A stretch of DNA of 57,433 nt from Synechococcus sp. (GCA_051439425.1 JBFRWD010000074.1:1-57433); one strand, 5' to 3'; counted from the first letter of the stretch, positions 10,697 to 22,034 are shown. Notes: generated from the letters alone by a model not told the origin. Translations and numbers: made by a program.

Positions 10697-10772
10697 ATCT
10701 ACTGAATGGGAAAACCACCTGCTTGTAAGCATTGTCCTTCGGGAGATTACAGCCAAAAAGGAGAGCGACTGC

Positions 10773-13007
10773 ATGGCTGACATGACCAAGACTCTATGCC
10801 CGTATTGTGGGGTTGGATGTGGCCTGGAAGTGGCTCCACCAGCCGTACCAGGCAAACCCATTAATCGAGACGCTGAAGGGAATCCGGTCTGGCGAGTCAG
10901 GGGCGATCGCGCCCATCCTTCCAGTCGCGGCCAAGTGTGCATTAAAGGGGCAACTGTTGCGGAATCTCTGGACAAGAATCGTTTGCTCCATCCCATGATG
11001 CGGGACAGCTTAGATGAGTCATTTCGGCGAGTCAGCTGGGATGAGGCCCTCAATCGAATTGCATCTGAAATTCGTTCGACTCTGGCAACCAAAGGGCCCG
11101 AGGGCATTTGCATGTACGGCTCGGGACAATTCCAAACCGAAGACTATTACACAGCCCAAAAACTGCTGAAGGGCTGCCTAGGAACGAATAATTTTGATGC
11201 AAACTCACGGCTGTGCATGTCATCGGCTGTGGCGGGCTACATCCAAAGTTTCGGCTCTGATGGCCCTCCCACCTGCTACGACGATTTAGAGAACACCGAC
11301 TGCGCATTTCTTATTGGTACCAATACGGCAGATTGCCACCCGATTGTCTTTAATCGTTTGCGCAAGCACCACAAAAAAAACCGTAACGTCAAACTCATTG
11401 TGGTGGATCCCCGCCGCACGGCCACTGCTGAAGCTGCCGACCTGCATCTGGCTATCCGGCCCGGTACCGACCAGCATTTACTCAACGGCATTGCCCATCT
11501 ACTCATGCGCTGGGGAGCGATCGATACCGTTCTCATTGATGAATGTACCGAGGGGTTCAGTCAATTTGCCGAGATCATTCAGCACTACCCTCCCGAATTG
11601 GTGTCCCGCGAGTGCGGTATTCGCATGGACGATCTGGAGAAGGCCGCTCGCTGGTGGGGGGACTCCAAACGAGTATTGTCGCTATGGTCGATGGGCATTA
11701 ACCAGTCCACAGAAGGTACGGCTAAGTGCCGAACCATCATTAACTTGCACCTAATGACCGGTAATATCGGGCGCGCGGGAGCAGGACCGTTTTCGCTGAC
11801 CGGTCAACCCAATGCTATGGGCGGTCGGGAAGCTGGTGGCCTATCTCACATCCTGCCTGGCTATCGCGTTATTAAGAACCCTCAACACCGGGCCGAAATA
11901 GAAGAACTTTGGCAAGTTCCTGCCGGACGTATTTCTCCAAAACCGGGCTTGGCAGCCTGGGATATGATTCGCGGGCTGGAACAGGGAACTGTTGGAGTGA
12001 TGTGGGTGGCTGCCACCAATCCCGCAGTCAGTATGCCGGACTTAGTGCGAACCAAAGCAGCCCTGAAGCAGTCACCGTTCACAATTTCTCAGGATGCATA
12101 TTATCCGACCGAGACTGCAAAGTACGCCCACGTTGTCCTCCCTGCAGCTCAGTTTGGCGAGAAAACGGGAGCGATGACCAACTCCGAGCGAGTGGTCACA
12201 TTGTGTCCTGCCTTCCGTAAGCCTCCTGGGGAAGCTCGTGCAGACTGGGAGATTTTTGCAGAAGTGGGCCGTCGGCTAGGATTTACTGCTGAGTTTGACT
12301 TTGCGGATGCAGCTGCCGTCTATTCAGAATTTATCCGCACCACTAAGGGCCGTCCTTGCGATATGACCCGCCTCAGCCACCGCCGCCTCCAACTGGAGGG
12401 ACCGACCCAATGGCCTTGTCCTGGCTACCCTACCGATCCAATTGAACTAAACCGCCAAGAATCTCCCAAACGCTTATACACCAACCTCAATTTCAATACA
12501 CCAAATGGACGAGCTAAATTTGCAGCCTTCCATGCCAAAGGGTTGGCCGAACTGCCTAATCCCGACTATCCCTTGGTTCTCACAGTGGGCCGTTTGTACG
12601 AGCACTGGCATACGATGTCTCGAACCGGGCATATTGCCAAAATCGCGAAGAAGAATCCCCACCCATTTTTGGAAATTCATCCCAAAGATGCCAAGAAATC
12701 TGCGATCGCCGATGGTCAGTGGGTCGACGTACTCTCTAAGCGGGGAAAAGCTCGCTTCCTGGCCCGCGTCACAAAAGCCATCTCTCCCGGCACGATCTTT
12801 GCCCCGATGCACTGGGGTGAGTTGTGGGCTGATAATGCTGAAGCCAATGCACTGACCCACCCTGAAGTGTGTCCTATCTCATTGCAGCCTGAGTTGAAAG
12901 CCTGTGCTGTTCGAGTCCAGCCGGTGAGCCAGCAACCCCTCGACGCAGAGCTGGCTCAAGAGCCGCAAGCCAAAGTCGAGATGCTGCAGTTAGTTGAAAG
13001 CCGTTAG
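10773..13007 (+). CDS. narB: Ferredoxin-nitrate reductase (molybdopterin oxidoreductase)
   Basis: CPYCGVGCG...C 4Fe-4S motif, [26 protein letters not shown]. Confidence 0.97.
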   Translation: MADMTKTLCPYCGVGCGLEVAPPAVPGKPINRDAEGNPVWRVRGDRAHPSSRGQVCIKGATVAESLDKNRLLHPMMRDSLDESFRRVSWDEALNRIASEIRSTLATKGPEGICMYGSGQFQTEDYYTAQKLLKGCLGTNNFDANSRLCMSSAVAGYIQSFGSDGPPTCYDDLENTDCAFLIGTNTADCHPIVFNRLRKHHKKNRNVKLIVVDPRRTATAEAADLHLAIRPGTDQHLLNGIAHLLMRWGAIDTVLIDECTEGFSQFAEIIQHYPPELVSRECGIRMDDLEKAARWWGDSKRVLSLWSMGINQSTEGTAKCRTIINLHLMTGNIGRAGAGPFSLTGQPNAMGGREAGGLSHILPGYRVIKNPQHRAEIEELWQVPAGRISPKPGLAAWDMIRGLEQGTVGVMWVAATNPAVSMPDLVRTKAALKQSPFTISQDAYYPTETAKYAHVVLPAAQFGEKTGAMTNSERVVTLCPAFRKPPGEARADWEIFAEVGRRLGFTAEFDFADAAAVYSEFIRTTKGRPCDMTRLSHRRLQLEGPTQWPCPGYPTDPIELNRQESPKRLYTNLNFNTPNGRAKFAAFHAKGLAELPNPDYPLVLTVGRLYEHWHTMSRTGHIAKIAKKNPHPFLEIHPKDAKKSAIADGQWVDVLSKRGKARFLARVTKAISPGTIFAPMHWGELWADNAEANALTHPEVCPISLQPELKACAVRVQPVSQQPLDAELAQEPQAKVEMLQLVESR

Positions 13008-13680
13008 TCGCCGTACTCCAACCGGTGAGCCAGCACCTGTCACTGTATAGCAGTGGCCATACCACTGCGGACATTTCAGCGATGCCAAGGCTCCAGTGAT
13101 GATGGGGCGATCGAGGCCCAAATCGACCGGTTGTTCTGGGGCGGCTACTATCCGGCGGGCAACGGCTTTCCCATAAGCAATACCGTCCACAAGCGCCATC
13201 AGACCTGCGGATGTGCACGAGCTGTCATTGTCTTGCTTGCAACATTCCTCCGGGCATCCCTGCGAACCTGTCCGTAGTCACCGAAACAAGGCTTAATTGG
13301 CAAGATACGACATAGTCCAAAGCGGTGAATTGAGTCAATCTAATGCTGCATCAGCGGCAAAGTGATGGGCAAATCGCTTTCTCTACTAGGCTCGGTGGCA
13401 TGTTCTCATAGCAAGCCTGACAAACTATTAGACTTTCAAACCCTACCAATTGCATCGCGCCGCATAACCGATTTCTCAAGAGTTACACAAGTCACTTTGG
13501 TTCATGAGTTCGATCGCCGATCCTTGCAAATGAATTGTAATTGCTGCTAATTTCTCCAGGCATAATCGGCCTGGGGCGATCGAACGCCCATTACACTGGC
13601 ATACGTGAAGAGCGCCTCAGTCTCCCTGACAGTAACTGGTACGGGATAGAGAGTATTCACCGTTGTTCAATATTGCTGAT

Positions 13681-14097
13681 ATGGCACCATCGCTTTTGCA
13701 ATCTCAAACGTTACTCAACCGCTTTGCTTGCAACCATCGCCCGGAGATTTCTCCAGATTATTATGCCGACATTAAAGACGCGCTACGAGAGGTTGTCGCA
13801 GCGTCAGATTTCCTGACCTGTGGCGTCTGTGCAGATAGTAGTGCGGAAGGATATGCGGCTTTAAGTCGGTACTTGGCTGCGTTACATACTAGCGAAACCG
13901 GGATTCTTAGTTCTGCAGGTCAACAGTCGGAAATCAACGGCCCGATCTATATCAAGTACAACACTCAAACCTCTAAGTACTACGAGAGTAACTATCCGGG
14001 GACGGCGAGAGGAGTATTAGTGTGCTGTCATGTGTCCGAGCCAGAAATGATGTCGGATATGTATGGGCATTTGCCGTTGGATTTATTTGGTCATTAG
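13681..14097 (+). CDS. DUF1824 family protein
   Basis: GVCADS, GPIYIKYN, RGVLV and C-terminal YGHLPLDLF motifs; ATG 13681 (ORF open from 13663). Confidence 0.8.
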   Translation: MAPSLLQSQTLLNRFACNHRPEISPDYYADIKDALREVVAASDFLTCGVCADSSAEGYAALSRYLAALHTSETGILSSAGQQSEINGPIYIKYNTQTSKYYESNYPGTARGVLVCCHVSEPEMMSDMYGHLPLDLFGH

Positions 14098-14121
14098 TCA
14101 TTGGTCATTGGTCATTGGTCA
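14087..14121. repeat. STRR heptamer array (TTGGTCA/TTAGTCA) x5
   Basis: Five tandem units, overlapping the DUF1824 stop codon. Confidence 0.9.
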
Positions 14122-14300
14122 TTTATCGTCGATCGTTCTGAGTGGGTTGCATACATTAGCTCTGGGCATGGACATCTGTGCGGCGGACATGACCTGATAG
14201 CAGTAATGGGTGGGCGATCAGTGGGGAATGACGGCAACTTGCGCGCTGAGAATCCTTGCAGGGCTTGTAGAAGTTCGCTACCATCTGCGCAAATCCGTGG

Positions 14301-15266
14301 GTGCGTGTGATGAATATTGTTGTGCTGGCTGGTGGCCCTTCTTCCGAGCGGGATGTATCAATCGTGACGGGGAAGGCGGTACAAGTGGCTCTGACGGATT
14401 TGGGTCATAGCGTGACCACCATCGACCCTGGGCCCGATCTACCTCAACAGTTGTGGAAGGTAGCGCAGCGAGGTTGTGATTTTGTCTGGATTGCCCTGCA
14501 TGGTGAGGGGGGAGAAGACGGTACCGTTCAGGCCATGCTGGATTGGCTCGGGTTGCCGTATCAAGGATCGGGGTATCTGTCGAGTGCGCTGGCAATGGAT
14601 AAATGGGTGACCAAACAAATTATCCAATCTTGCCAATTACCGACCGCTGCATGGATACCCATTCGAGTCAACGTTGATGAGATACCGAGCTGGGAAGCGG
14701 TGACCGATCGCCTGGGGACTCCGGTGGTCATTAAGCCGGTGGCGACGGGCTCGACCGTGGGTATTAGTATTGCTCGGTCTGCCGCCGAATACCGCACTAG
14801 CCTGGAGGTGGCGCAGCAGCATGGCGATCGCTTGCTCATCGAACAATATATCGCAGGCAAAGAGCTGACCGTTTCGGTCATTGGCGATCGCGCCTTGCCT
14901 CCGATCGAGATCGTTCCTGCCGAGGGAGACTTCTACGATTACGAAGCTAAATACGCTCCGGGTGGTTCCCGTCACCTGATCCCGACGACACTGAGCACCG
15001 CTGGGGAACAGAGAGTAAGAGCATTGGCGAAGCAAACTTACGATGTCTTGCATTGTGCAGGGCTCGCTCGGGTTGATTTTCGAGTAGACGCGAACGAACA
15101 CGCTTGGATCTTGGAGGTTAATTCGCTGCCTGGGATGACACCAACATCTTTGAGTCCCGACTCGGCGGCAGCAATCGGCTGGTCGTTCAAAGACTTAGTG
15201 CACTACATGATTGAAGATGGCTTGCGACGCAGACAACGGCTTGATGTAGTTAAGGCCACAGTCTAA
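14301..15266 (+). CDS. ddl: D-alanine--D-alanine ligase
   Basis: GGPSSERDVS, LHGEGGEDG, FYDYEAKY and EVNSLPGMT motifs; start may be 14310. Confidence 0.95.
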   Translation: MRVMNIVVLAGGPSSERDVSIVTGKAVQVALTDLGHSVTTIDPGPDLPQQLWKVAQRGCDFVWIALHGEGGEDGTVQAMLDWLGLPYQGSGYLSSALAMDKWVTKQIIQSCQLPTAAWIPIRVNVDEIPSWEAVTDRLGTPVVIKPVATGSTVGISIARSAAEYRTSLEVAQQHGDRLLIEQYIAGKELTVSVIGDRALPPIEIVPAEGDFYDYEAKYAPGGSRHLIPTTLSTAGEQRVRALAKQTYDVLHCAGLARVDFRVDANEHAWILEVNSLPGMTPTSLSPDSAAAIGWSFKDLVHYMIEDGLRRRQRLDVVKATV

Positions 15267-15718
15267 AGTACCGGAGACAGCGCAGAATTATTGTCAGCGG
15301 TGTGTCAGGCTAACTTGCCAGAACAGACTTTCCACGCCAACCGCGCAGCTAAGGCGCGGGGAATATGCTTGTTCAATCTGAATGGTAATTGACGCAGCCT
15401 CATCAAGCCCTTTGTGTCAGGCAGCGAGTTCGCTGATTAATACCAGGCATGCATGCCCATCGATTTTCTTAAATCGCAGTCAAATCAGCTACTTCCAATC
15501 CCTCCACTGCTGCAAGATGCCCACACCACACGTAGGAGTAGATACAGCCTAAGGGACAAATAATAAAATAAATCTAAAATCTTCTGCGTGATTACACGCA
15601 TGATTGAACAATTTAAGGCGAGGTACAGGATCGTATCGTTAGTGAAAATCTCTGAAAGGATTTCACCAAGTTGAATCCTGGTGGTAGGATCTGCTTGTCT
15701 GCATTCAAAAAATGGCCT

Positions 15719-16726
15719 GTGCTTCGTTCTGCACCGTTGCCCCTGCGCTCCTCTCCTCTTTCGATCGCTGACAACAATCGCCTCAAGATTTTTTCCGGTT
15801 CCTCCAATATTCCTCTCGCTTCTGAAGTGGCTCGGTATCTAGGTATGGACCTAGGCCCCCAAGTTCAGAAGCGTTTTGCTGATGGGGAGCTGTACATCCA
15901 AATCCAGGAATCCATCCGGGGGGCGGATATCTATCTGATTCAGCCCACCTGTCGACCCGTCAACGATCACTTGATGGAGTTGCTGGTGATGATTGATGCC
16001 TGTCGTCGGGCATCGGCTCGACAAATCACAGCGGTTTTACCTTACTACGGCTACGCTCGCGCCGATCGCAAGACTGCCGGTCGCGAAGCGATTACCGCCA
16101 AGCTAGTAGCTAACATGATTACCACTGCTGGAGCCGATCGCGTTCTGGCTATGGACTTACACTCCGCTCAAATTCAGGGATATTTCGACATTCCCTTCGA
16201 CCACGTTTACGGCTCTCCCGTTCTGATTCGCTACATCAAAGAGCAAATCAAGGAAAAGCAGCTCCCCGACGTGGTAGTTGTTTCTCCTGACGTGGGTGGG
16301 GTTGCTCGGGCGCGCGCGTTTGCCAAGAAGCTAGACGATGCGCCGCTAGCCATCATCGACAAGCGCCGTCAAGCCCACAACGAAGTGGACGTGATGAACG
16401 TGATTGGCGACGTTCGCGGCAAAACCTGCATTCTGGTGGACGACATGATCGACACTGCCGGAACGATTACGGAAGGGGCCAAGCTACTGCGCCGCGAGGG
16501 AGCAGAGCGCGTCTACGCGTGCGCCACTCACGCGGTATTTTCTGGCCTTGCGGTCGAGCGCCTATCCACACCCGGTATTTTTGAAGAGGTGATCGTCACC
16601 AATTCCATCCCGCTAGCAGAAGATAAGCGCTTTGCTCAGCTCCGTATTCTGTCGATCGCCAACGTACTGGGCGAAGCAATCTGGCGTATCCACGAAGATA
16701 ACTCCGTTAGCAGCATGTTCCGTTAA
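15719..16726 (+). CDS. prs: Ribose-phosphate pyrophosphokinase
   Basis: FADGE, PYYGYARADRK, DLHSAQIQGYF, VSPDVGG and VDDMIDTAGT motifs; GTG 15719 likely start (ORF open from 15671). Confidence 0.97.
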   Translation: MLRSAPLPLRSSPLSIADNNRLKIFSGSSNIPLASEVARYLGMDLGPQVQKRFADGELYIQIQESIRGADIYLIQPTCRPVNDHLMELLVMIDACRRASARQITAVLPYYGYARADRKTAGREAITAKLVANMITTAGADRVLAMDLHSAQIQGYFDIPFDHVYGSPVLIRYIKEQIKEKQLPDVVVVSPDVGGVARARAFAKKLDDAPLAIIDKRRQAHNEVDVMNVIGDVRGKTCILVDDMIDTAGTITEGAKLLRREGAERVYACATHAVFSGLAVERLSTPGIFEEVIVTNSIPLAEDKRFAQLRILSIANVLGEAIWRIHEDNSVSSMFR

Positions 16727-16831
16727 GGTTCTTGGATAGCAGACTCAACTAGCAATCGACTGATATACCTAAACTTCATCATCCAGGCTGCCCTTGTGAC
16801 GTAAGCTTGGATGAGTTTTTCTATCTGGGCC

Positions 16832-17959
16832 GTGTACCTGCGATCGCTCTCCCTCACGAACTTCCGCAATTACACCAACCAGCAGGTGAATTTTTCCTCA
16901 CCCAAGACGATTTTGGTGGGGGAGAACGCTCAGGGAAAGTCTAATTTGTTGGAGGCAGTGGAAGTCCTAGCCACATTGAAGTCTCATAGAGCTGGCCGCG
17001 ATCGCGAATTTGTGCGCCAAGGAGAAACGGCAGGCAATGTGGTAGCCATTGTCGATCGGTTGGGTACGAGACACGAGTTGGCAATTGATGTGCGCCAGCA
17101 GGGGCGGCGATTGCTACGCTTGGATGGGCAAACCATTCGGCGGCGGGTGGAATTTTTAGGACAGTTGAATGCCGTAACGTTCTCGAGCCTCGATCTCGAT
17201 TTAGTGCGGGGCAGCCCCAGTACACGGCGAGATTGGCTGGACGGTATTTTGCTGCAACTGGAGCCAATTTATGTCGATATTTTGGATCGCTATCGACAGG
17301 TATTGAAGCAGCGCAATGCGTTATTGAAAGCGCCTGATACCTTAGACGAGTCGAGTTTGACGGCGTGGAATGCGGAATTAGTGGCGGCAGGCACCCGGGT
17401 AATTCGGCGCCGGGCTCGTCTGGCGGAGCGGTTGCAACCACTGGCGGAGCGCTGGCATCGCGAGATTAGCGGCAATCGCGAGACACTGATTCTAACCTAC
17501 GCACCTCAAGTGGAGATCGCGCCCTCCACCGTAACAGTAGAGGAAGTTCAGGCGTGTTTTTGGCAGGAACTGGAGAAGAAAGTGGGTGCGGAGCGGGCGA
17601 GGGGGACATCCTTGGTGGGCCCCCACAGAGACGACGTTCTGCTGAACATCAACGGCAATCTAGCGAGGGAATTTGGCTCGCAGGGACAGCAACGAACACT
17701 TGTACTCTCCCTCAAGCTGGCAGAGTTGGAATTGATAGAAGCAGTGGTGGGGGATGCACCTCTGCTCTTGCTAGATGACGTGTTGGCAGAGCTAGACTTG
17801 CAGCGCCAAGATCGACTACTGGATACCATTAGCGATCGCATTCAAACCATTGTTACCACGACTCATTTGGGCAATTTCGATGCCCGTTGGTTAGAGTCCG
17901 CTCAGGTCATTGCGGTCAAGCAGGGATGCTTGCAGTTCGATGAAGCTGGTGACGATTAG
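16832..17959 (+). CDS. recF: DNA replication/repair protein RecF
   Basis: NFRNY, GENAQGKSN Walker A, GPHRDD, SQGQQR and LLLLDDVLAELD motifs; GTG 16832 likely start. Confidence 0.96.
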   Translation: MYLRSLSLTNFRNYTNQQVNFSSPKTILVGENAQGKSNLLEAVEVLATLKSHRAGRDREFVRQGETAGNVVAIVDRLGTRHELAIDVRQQGRRLLRLDGQTIRRRVEFLGQLNAVTFSSLDLDLVRGSPSTRRDWLDGILLQLEPIYVDILDRYRQVLKQRNALLKAPDTLDESSLTAWNAELVAAGTRVIRRRARLAERLQPLAERWHREISGNRETLILTYAPQVEIAPSTVTVEEVQACFWQELEKKVGAERARGTSLVGPHRDDVLLNINGNLAREFGSQGQQRTLVLSLKLAELELIEAVVGDAPLLLLDDVLAELDLQRQDRLLDTISDRIQTIVTTTHLGNFDARWLESAQVIAVKQGCLQFDEAGDD

Positions 17960-17966
17960 CAAAGAG

Positions 17967-18581
17967 TTAGGAGGATGCAATCGCCTGCAATCTCTGCAAT
18001 CGCAATACTGTTAGAACATCTGTACGATCGAGTCGTTGGACGTTCTCTAAGGCTGCAAGCAAATGTCGAGCAGCATCGCGGCGATCGTAGCCCCGATACT
18101 GAGCCCGTCGCAGTGCGAATTCATCCGCATCGAATTGAGCATTATCGCTGTTCACGTTCTGCCATACCTGACGCACAGCCAATCCGGTCAGACTTCCGGC
18201 CAACAATACTGACAGAGGATTGTGCAGGGCCAATTCCACCACTGTTGCCAGCGACCCGGCAGCTGCTAATCCTTGATACAGTCCTGGCTGCAACCAGTTG
18301 CGCCCGTCAAACCACCCCGCTTCTCGTAAAAACAACATGTCTCGCTGAGGTTGGGGCAAGCTCAGCCAACGGGGAAACTCAATCTCGACAGTGCCGTTGG
18401 GTGCCCAGGGGGGACGAGGCTTAATGCCGATGAGCGAACTAGAGACTCCTTTAGCGGGGGCGATCGCCAGCAAGGGCCGCAGCGACGCAGGCAGCAAATC
18501 TCGCAGTCGTTGAATTTCTTGTTGAGGGTCTGGGCGCGAACTTGAGTAAGCCACGGGTAATGGGAAGCCGAAAATCTTCAC
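17967..18581 (-). CDS. DUF3318 family protein
   Basis: EIQRLRDLLPAS motif, central hydrophobic pair, DADEFA...RGY motif. Confidence 0.75.
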   Translation of the reverse strand: MKIFGFPLPVAYSSSRPDPQQEIQRLRDLLPASLRPLLAIAPAKGVSSSLIGIKPRPPWAPNGTVEIEFPRWLSLPQPQRDMLFLREAGWFDGRNWLQPGLYQGLAAAGSLATVVELALHNPLSVLLAGSLTGLAVRQVWQNVNSDNAQFDADEFALRRAQYRGYDRRDAARHLLAALENVQRLDRTDVLTVLRLQRLQAIASS

Positions 18582-18653
18582 TTAGCGTAGCGTTAAGCGA
18601 TCGCTTCGTGGCTTGTCTGTTGGCTACATTTTGGTTTTTGGGAGGGGGTTGGT

Positions 18654-18750
18654 TCAGTCATTGGTTATTCGTCATTGGTCATTGGTTCTTTGTTCTGCAC
18701 TAAGGACAAAGGACGAAGGACAAAAAAGAAAGAATGACCAAAAAACAAAA
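18654..18750. repeat. Degenerate STRR heptamer arrays in inverted arrangement
   Basis: TTGGTCA-like units followed by AAGGACA-like units. Confidence 0.7.
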
Positions 18751-18785
18751 GGCTCAATGTCACCATTGATGTAGCGTTAAATGCC

Positions 18786-21700
18786 TTATGCCGTCGCAAT
18801 CGTCGATCGCGCCTGTTGACCCATGCCAATCAGGTACTTCACGGCTCCCAACACAGCTTTCTCGCAGTCATGGGGAGAACGTTCGTAAAATGCAGACCAC
18901 GCTTGGGCTCGCAAGCCTCCATCCAGGCGGTAGCGATGGGTATCGCTGGGGTGTTCGCCTAACCAAGCCAGCCGGACGGCATGACCGATTAATACGTCCA
19001 TTACCAAATAGTCGTTGAATCGCAGATTGGGATTGGCCTCGATCGCCTGCGAAATAGCCATCAGCGCTTCAACATTTAACTGGCGATATTCCGGTGCGCC
19101 AATTTTATTGAGGAGATGCTCTACAGCTAGAGCAAAGTTCTTCTCTCCGGGGGTCATCTCGGCCAAAATTGTGCGGCTGTCCAAGCGGTTGCGTCGCTCT
19201 AACTTGTCACCAATCGCCAAACCACGACAGTGCTGCATCGTCTGCCACACCCGCTCGTAAAAATCTGACGGTACCCGGTTAACGCTACCATCCAGCTTTC
19301 TCAGCCTGAGCCAGCCCCCCTCCGGTGTGGGGACTTCTGCATCTGGAACCTCGACATCCTGAAACTCAGGCGAGTCATCTTCAACGTGCAACGATTCTTG
19401 CTGCTCGACGGTGCGATCGAATTGGCTGTACGCCTCCAACACCTGACGTAATTTCGCCTTGATATCGAACGGACTCAATCCCATCAATCGCTCGTAGGCA
19501 TCCCCCTGTTCCAGCCCTTCTTCACCGGCAATTTCTCCAGAGATCAGCAGGATGAGATTGCTGACTCGAACAGTCATGAGATTGTCGAACAGTACGGGTT
19601 CGGAACGGATGAGCAGACTGAGGAAAATGACTATCTCTTGGGTGAGGACGTGCTCGCGGACATCCTCGCTACAGAATTTGAGAATTTTGCGGATGATTTG
19701 CTCTTGAGCCAGTGGCTTAACAATCGTGGATTCAGCCGAATACGCTTTGCCCACAGCAATAACTTTCTGACGAACTAAGATATCGGTCACTGCATCCGCC
19801 AGGCCAATATCCACCTTTTGCAACAAGCCCGCTGCCCGCCGCACCACCGACCACTCCTGCAAACCAATCGCCCGTCGGTAGACCTCATCGAGCAGATCGC
19901 GAACGGTGACATCCAATCCTTCATAGCGCCCCATGCTGGTGTCGTAGTCTAACCCCTGCAGACGATCTAGCGTGGCCAAGACTTCCACCTGCTCGTACAG
20001 ATTGCCGGATTGCCGCAACGTTTGTAGCAGCGAAATCATATCGGTCTCGCACTCCAACAACAGCTCGCGACTGTTATTGAGGGGACATGTAGCTGCAGGG
20101 TCAAACTTGAGATAGAACGGCATGGTCAGATCGCCTGCCACCATGCGGCGGGTGGGCTCGAAGCCATGCAGGTAATCAATGCGTTCGGTACTAGCGGTGC
20201 GCAGCAACTCGCGCAGTTTTCCGACTTTAACTGTCGTGCTACCACACTGACCGCCCTGAAATTCCCGCATAACATCCAACAACGCCGTGCTGCCAGAGTC
20301 CAGCATCGTTCGGGTAATCAATAACACCATGGTGGGGCGACCGGGCGATCGCCAGTGGGATTGTAGATAGGCCAGCTCGCTCCGAATCTGAGACACCAAA
20401 TAGTGGTAGTCGATGGTGAGATAAAACTGGGTGATATCCAGAAAAGACGGTAGAAACACCACCTGGCGATCGCGCAATTGATAAATGCGCGAGGTGGCCA
20501 AACTGCGCATCCGTTGGGCCGGACAGCCCGTCAGTTCTAGGCGATCGTTGCGCCCCACCTGAGCGTAGGCTGCGGTCAGCTGTTCTGCCGCACACACCTG
20601 AACCGGAGCAATCTCCGCCATTGTCTCCGTTTCAATTCCGTAGGCTTGCAGCTCCGCTTGTAGTTCGGCATTTTCCGCCATCAAAGCCACTTGGACCACC
20701 GGCACCGACTGCCGCCCCAAATTTCGCCGCCGCCCCAGCGGATCGATATCTTCTACGGTCAAGAGCCCCTCGGCTACCATCTCCCCCAAGTAGTACAGGC
20801 TTTGAGCCCATACCAGCGGTACGTTTGCATTGGGATAGCGTTGCTGGCTACCCGGCTTTGCCCGTTCTTCATTTAACGAGCCGGGGGGAACAACATACAG
20901 CTCGGGTAGTAACTGCTGGCCATCTCGGTTGACTAGCAGCGATCGCAGCTTTTCGCGATACGTGTCGGCTTGCTGGCGATCGCCCCGACACAATCCATCC
21001 AGCACCGAATAGGTGAAAAATAGCGGCCACTCGCATTCCACATGCTCGAACTGCTTCAACTCTGCGGGCTCGTAATGCAAGCGACTATTGTCTTCAATTG
21101 CGGTTTGATGACCATCCCGCAAAAATCGTTTGCAGCCGTATGGTCCTTCCAATTTGTCGCGAATCGTCTCGCGGGTGAGGGTGGCTAGATCGTCGTCTTC
21201 AATGGCATACGCCGGATACCCAATAATACTGAGCAAGGCTGCGTCTACTTCCTTAGAGCTGGACTCTCGGGGGAGCAACGATTCGAGGGTGACTCGCGCA
21301 CGAGCAATGTCGTGGGACATGACGTGTATCACCGACGCTTGCCCACCTTGCGTCCCGAATAAGTTGCAGCCGCCGATCGCCTCCAGCGCAGCTTTGGCCA
21401 TTCCCACCGAGCTTGCATTGAGTTCGGCAGTGCCGTGATTGATTTTGTTACCCCGCTCCCAAATACCGTAATCGGGGGTTTGATAGGCTTTGCTAATGTA
21501 AAACACCAAATTTTGGACAAAATTGACTTCGTCCAGCGTGAAGGTAATCCGCAGCCCTGATGCTGTCATCTGAGCCAACATCAATAGAAACAGGGAGGTA
21601 GCGTCTACCTGCAAGTGGCCCCACTCCGTATCCCCCACCACCACATCACCAGTGGCTGTGTCGTATTTGGCATGGAGGGCATCGAGGGGCGCTTGCGAAT

Positions 21701-22034
21701 GTTTAAACAGTTCTACTTTGTGGGCCTGACGCATCATCGATATCAGCAAGCCACGCATCAGTTTAACGACCCGCTGTTCCAGCTCGTAGGTTCGGCCGTC
21801 CCCATCATCCACTTTGCGATAGGCCAGGGCTAATCCCCACACCGCCAAAATGCTGTAGACGTTATCCCGCACCCAGGCATCGGTGTAATCGCCATGATCG
21901 TTGATTGCCGTACTAGCCGGGAGCAGGCCGGAAATAGGATGCTGGCGATCGAGGATGGTGCTGGAAACTCGATCGTAGTAATGGGCCAGTCGCGCTTGCT
22001 GCTGGGCCTGACGGGTGAGGAAGTGCTGAACCAA
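18786..22034 (-). CDS. Glycoside hydrolase family 15 / phosphorylase kinase alpha-beta subunit homolog
   Basis: AWVRDNVYS, WGHLQVDA, DYGIWERG, KRFLRDG, ECEWP and PELY motifs; 1082 aa. Confidence 0.9.
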   Translation of the reverse strand: MVQHFLTRQAQQQARLAHYYDRVSSTILDRQHPISGLLPASTAINDHGDYTDAWVRDNVYSILAVWGLALAYRKVDDGDGRTYELEQRVVKLMRGLLISMMRQAHKVELFKHSQAPLDALHAKYDTATGDVVVGDTEWGHLQVDATSLFLLMLAQMTASGLRITFTLDEVNFVQNLVFYISKAYQTPDYGIWERGNKINHGTAELNASSVGMAKAALEAIGGCNLFGTQGGQASVIHVMSHDIARARVTLESLLPRESSSKEVDAALLSIIGYPAYAIEDDDLATLTRETIRDKLEGPYGCKRFLRDGHQTAIEDNSRLHYEPAELKQFEHVECEWPLFFTYSVLDGLCRGDRQQADTYREKLRSLLVNRDGQQLLPELYVVPPGSLNEERAKPGSQQRYPNANVPLVWAQSLYYLGEMVAEGLLTVEDIDPLGRRRNLGRQSVPVVQVALMAENAELQAELQAYGIETETMAEIAPVQVCAAEQLTAAYAQVGRNDRLELTGCPAQRMRSLATSRIYQLRDRQVVFLPSFLDITQFYLTIDYHYLVSQIRSELAYLQSHWRSPGRPTMVLLITRTMLDSGSTALLDVMREFQGGQCGSTTVKVGKLRELLRTASTERIDYLHGFEPTRRMVAGDLTMPFYLKFDPAATCPLNNSRELLLECETDMISLLQTLRQSGNLYEQVEVLATLDRLQGLDYDTSMGRYEGLDVTVRDLLDEVYRRAIGLQEWSVVRRAAGLLQKVDIGLADAVTDILVRQKVIAVGKAYSAESTIVKPLAQEQIIRKILKFCSEDVREHVLTQEIVIFLSLLIRSEPVLFDNLMTVRVSNLILLISGEIAGEEGLEQGDAYERLMGLSPFDIKAKLRQVLEAYSQFDRTVEQQESLHVEDDSPEFQDVEVPDAEVPTPEGGWLRLRKLDGSVNRVPSDFYERVWQTMQHCRGLAIGDKLERRNRLDSRTILAEMTPGEKNFALAVEHLLNKIGAPEYRQLNVEALMAISQAIEANPNLRFNDYLVMDVLIGHAVRLAWLGEHPSDTHRYRLDGGLRAQAWSAFYERSPHDCEKAVLGAVKYLIGMGQQARSTIATA

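Noticed and set aside
12990..13300. Small ORFs or a riboswitch downstream of narB (narM, Moco or B12 element)
   Set aside because: No recognisable protein motif in any frame, and only a fragmentary resemblance to a B12 box
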